From assembly GCF_001194135.2 (NCBI RefSeq), contig NC_068982.1, positions 125,942,698 to 126,006,697 of the forward strand: DNA of 64,000 nucleotides, written 5' to 3'. The notes beneath the pieces were generated by a model. It was not told the DNA's origin. It did no database searches and was given only the letters and a program-made list of their open reading frames with translations. Shown piece after piece: positions 63,310 through 64,000 of this stretch (its first letter is position 1; every line of letters begins with the position of its first letter). This DNA is from Octopus bimaculoides. Lineage: Eukaryota. Position numbers and translations under genes: made by a program.

Positions 63310-63950
63310 CAGTCTCCAGCAAGGTAATTTCAATTGTGTTCTCATTCCAAGAAAACATTCTTCTACCCCCCGCCACCTTCCCTGAAACCTTAAAACTCAC
63401 TACAAATTCTAGGCCTCACAACTGCTAATGATCTCTTCTGGAAGGCTAACCTCCACAACTGGGTAAAAACTGCATCACAGAGACTGACCTTCCTCTTCAG
63501 AATTAGAATATACAATTACTGACTCTCTACAAAACTCAAGTGAAACCCACAATGGAATACTGCTCCTACATATTCAATGGTATTGCTACTACTCATACAG
63601 ACATTGTCCCAACACATAAAAAATTCCACCTTATTGATCAGCATGGAGTTCCTCACCAGCACACTTCAACATCTGGCCCACAGACTTGCTATCTCCTCAC
63701 TCTACCTTCTACCACTATCACCATTACAGCTGCCTGCACTTTGTGCCCATCTCAACTCGGGTTCACCCGATTCACTTGTCTCTCTTCTTGTTACCTATAT
63801 TATGTGTACATTCCCAAGACCCACACTAATACCGTCCCTCTAATCCTTCTTCCCCAGAATGCCTACTCGTTGGAATTCTTTCTCCACCCAGGCTTTTCCT
63901 CAGTCACTGACTTCTGTTTCACAAAAACATTGACCATGTCTTTCTTTTGG
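63310..63950 (+). pseudogene. L2/Crack-like LINE RT C-terminal relic
   Basis: LQILGLTTANDLFWK...ASQRLTFLFRIR, LYKTQVKPTMEYCSYIFNG, LAHRLAISSLY across frameshifts. Confidence 0.75.
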
Positions 63951-64000
63951 TAATGACGGCAGGGGCCTGTAATGGGCACAATTCAGTCCCTTCTTCTAGA

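Overview
AT-rich, gap-containing eukaryotic draft sequence. The repeat families and (AT)n/(CA)n/(CAT)n load fit an octopod cephalopod such as Octopus (inference). I can support no intact host gene: almost all listed ORFs are microsatellite read-throughs or span N gaps, and only weak isolated splice-signal candidates remain. The window is a transposon graveyard. It holds tRNA-type SINE-like families labelled here A (head gcaggagtggctgtgtggtaag, tail gactgaaacaagtaaaagag), B (head ggcgcaatggcccagtggttaggg), C (head gagctggcagaatcgttagc), D (body aggaagggcatccagctgtagaaac, (GAT)n tail) and E (A head plus D-type tail). It also holds TTAA-, TA- and hAT-type MITEs, two different Tc1/mariner transposase relics, and CR1, L2/Crack-like, RTE-like and R4/Dong-like LINE relics. 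The most interesting layer is absent from the ORF track: a ~1.5 kb foldback made of two diverged Penelope-like GIY-YIG relics placed head to head, several minimal type-I hammerhead-ribozyme-like motifs (one with an intact core), many long inverted repeats able to form dsRNA, and a SINE flanked by a ~200 bp target-site-like duplication. All alignments, translations and folds were done by eye; repeat boundaries are approximate.
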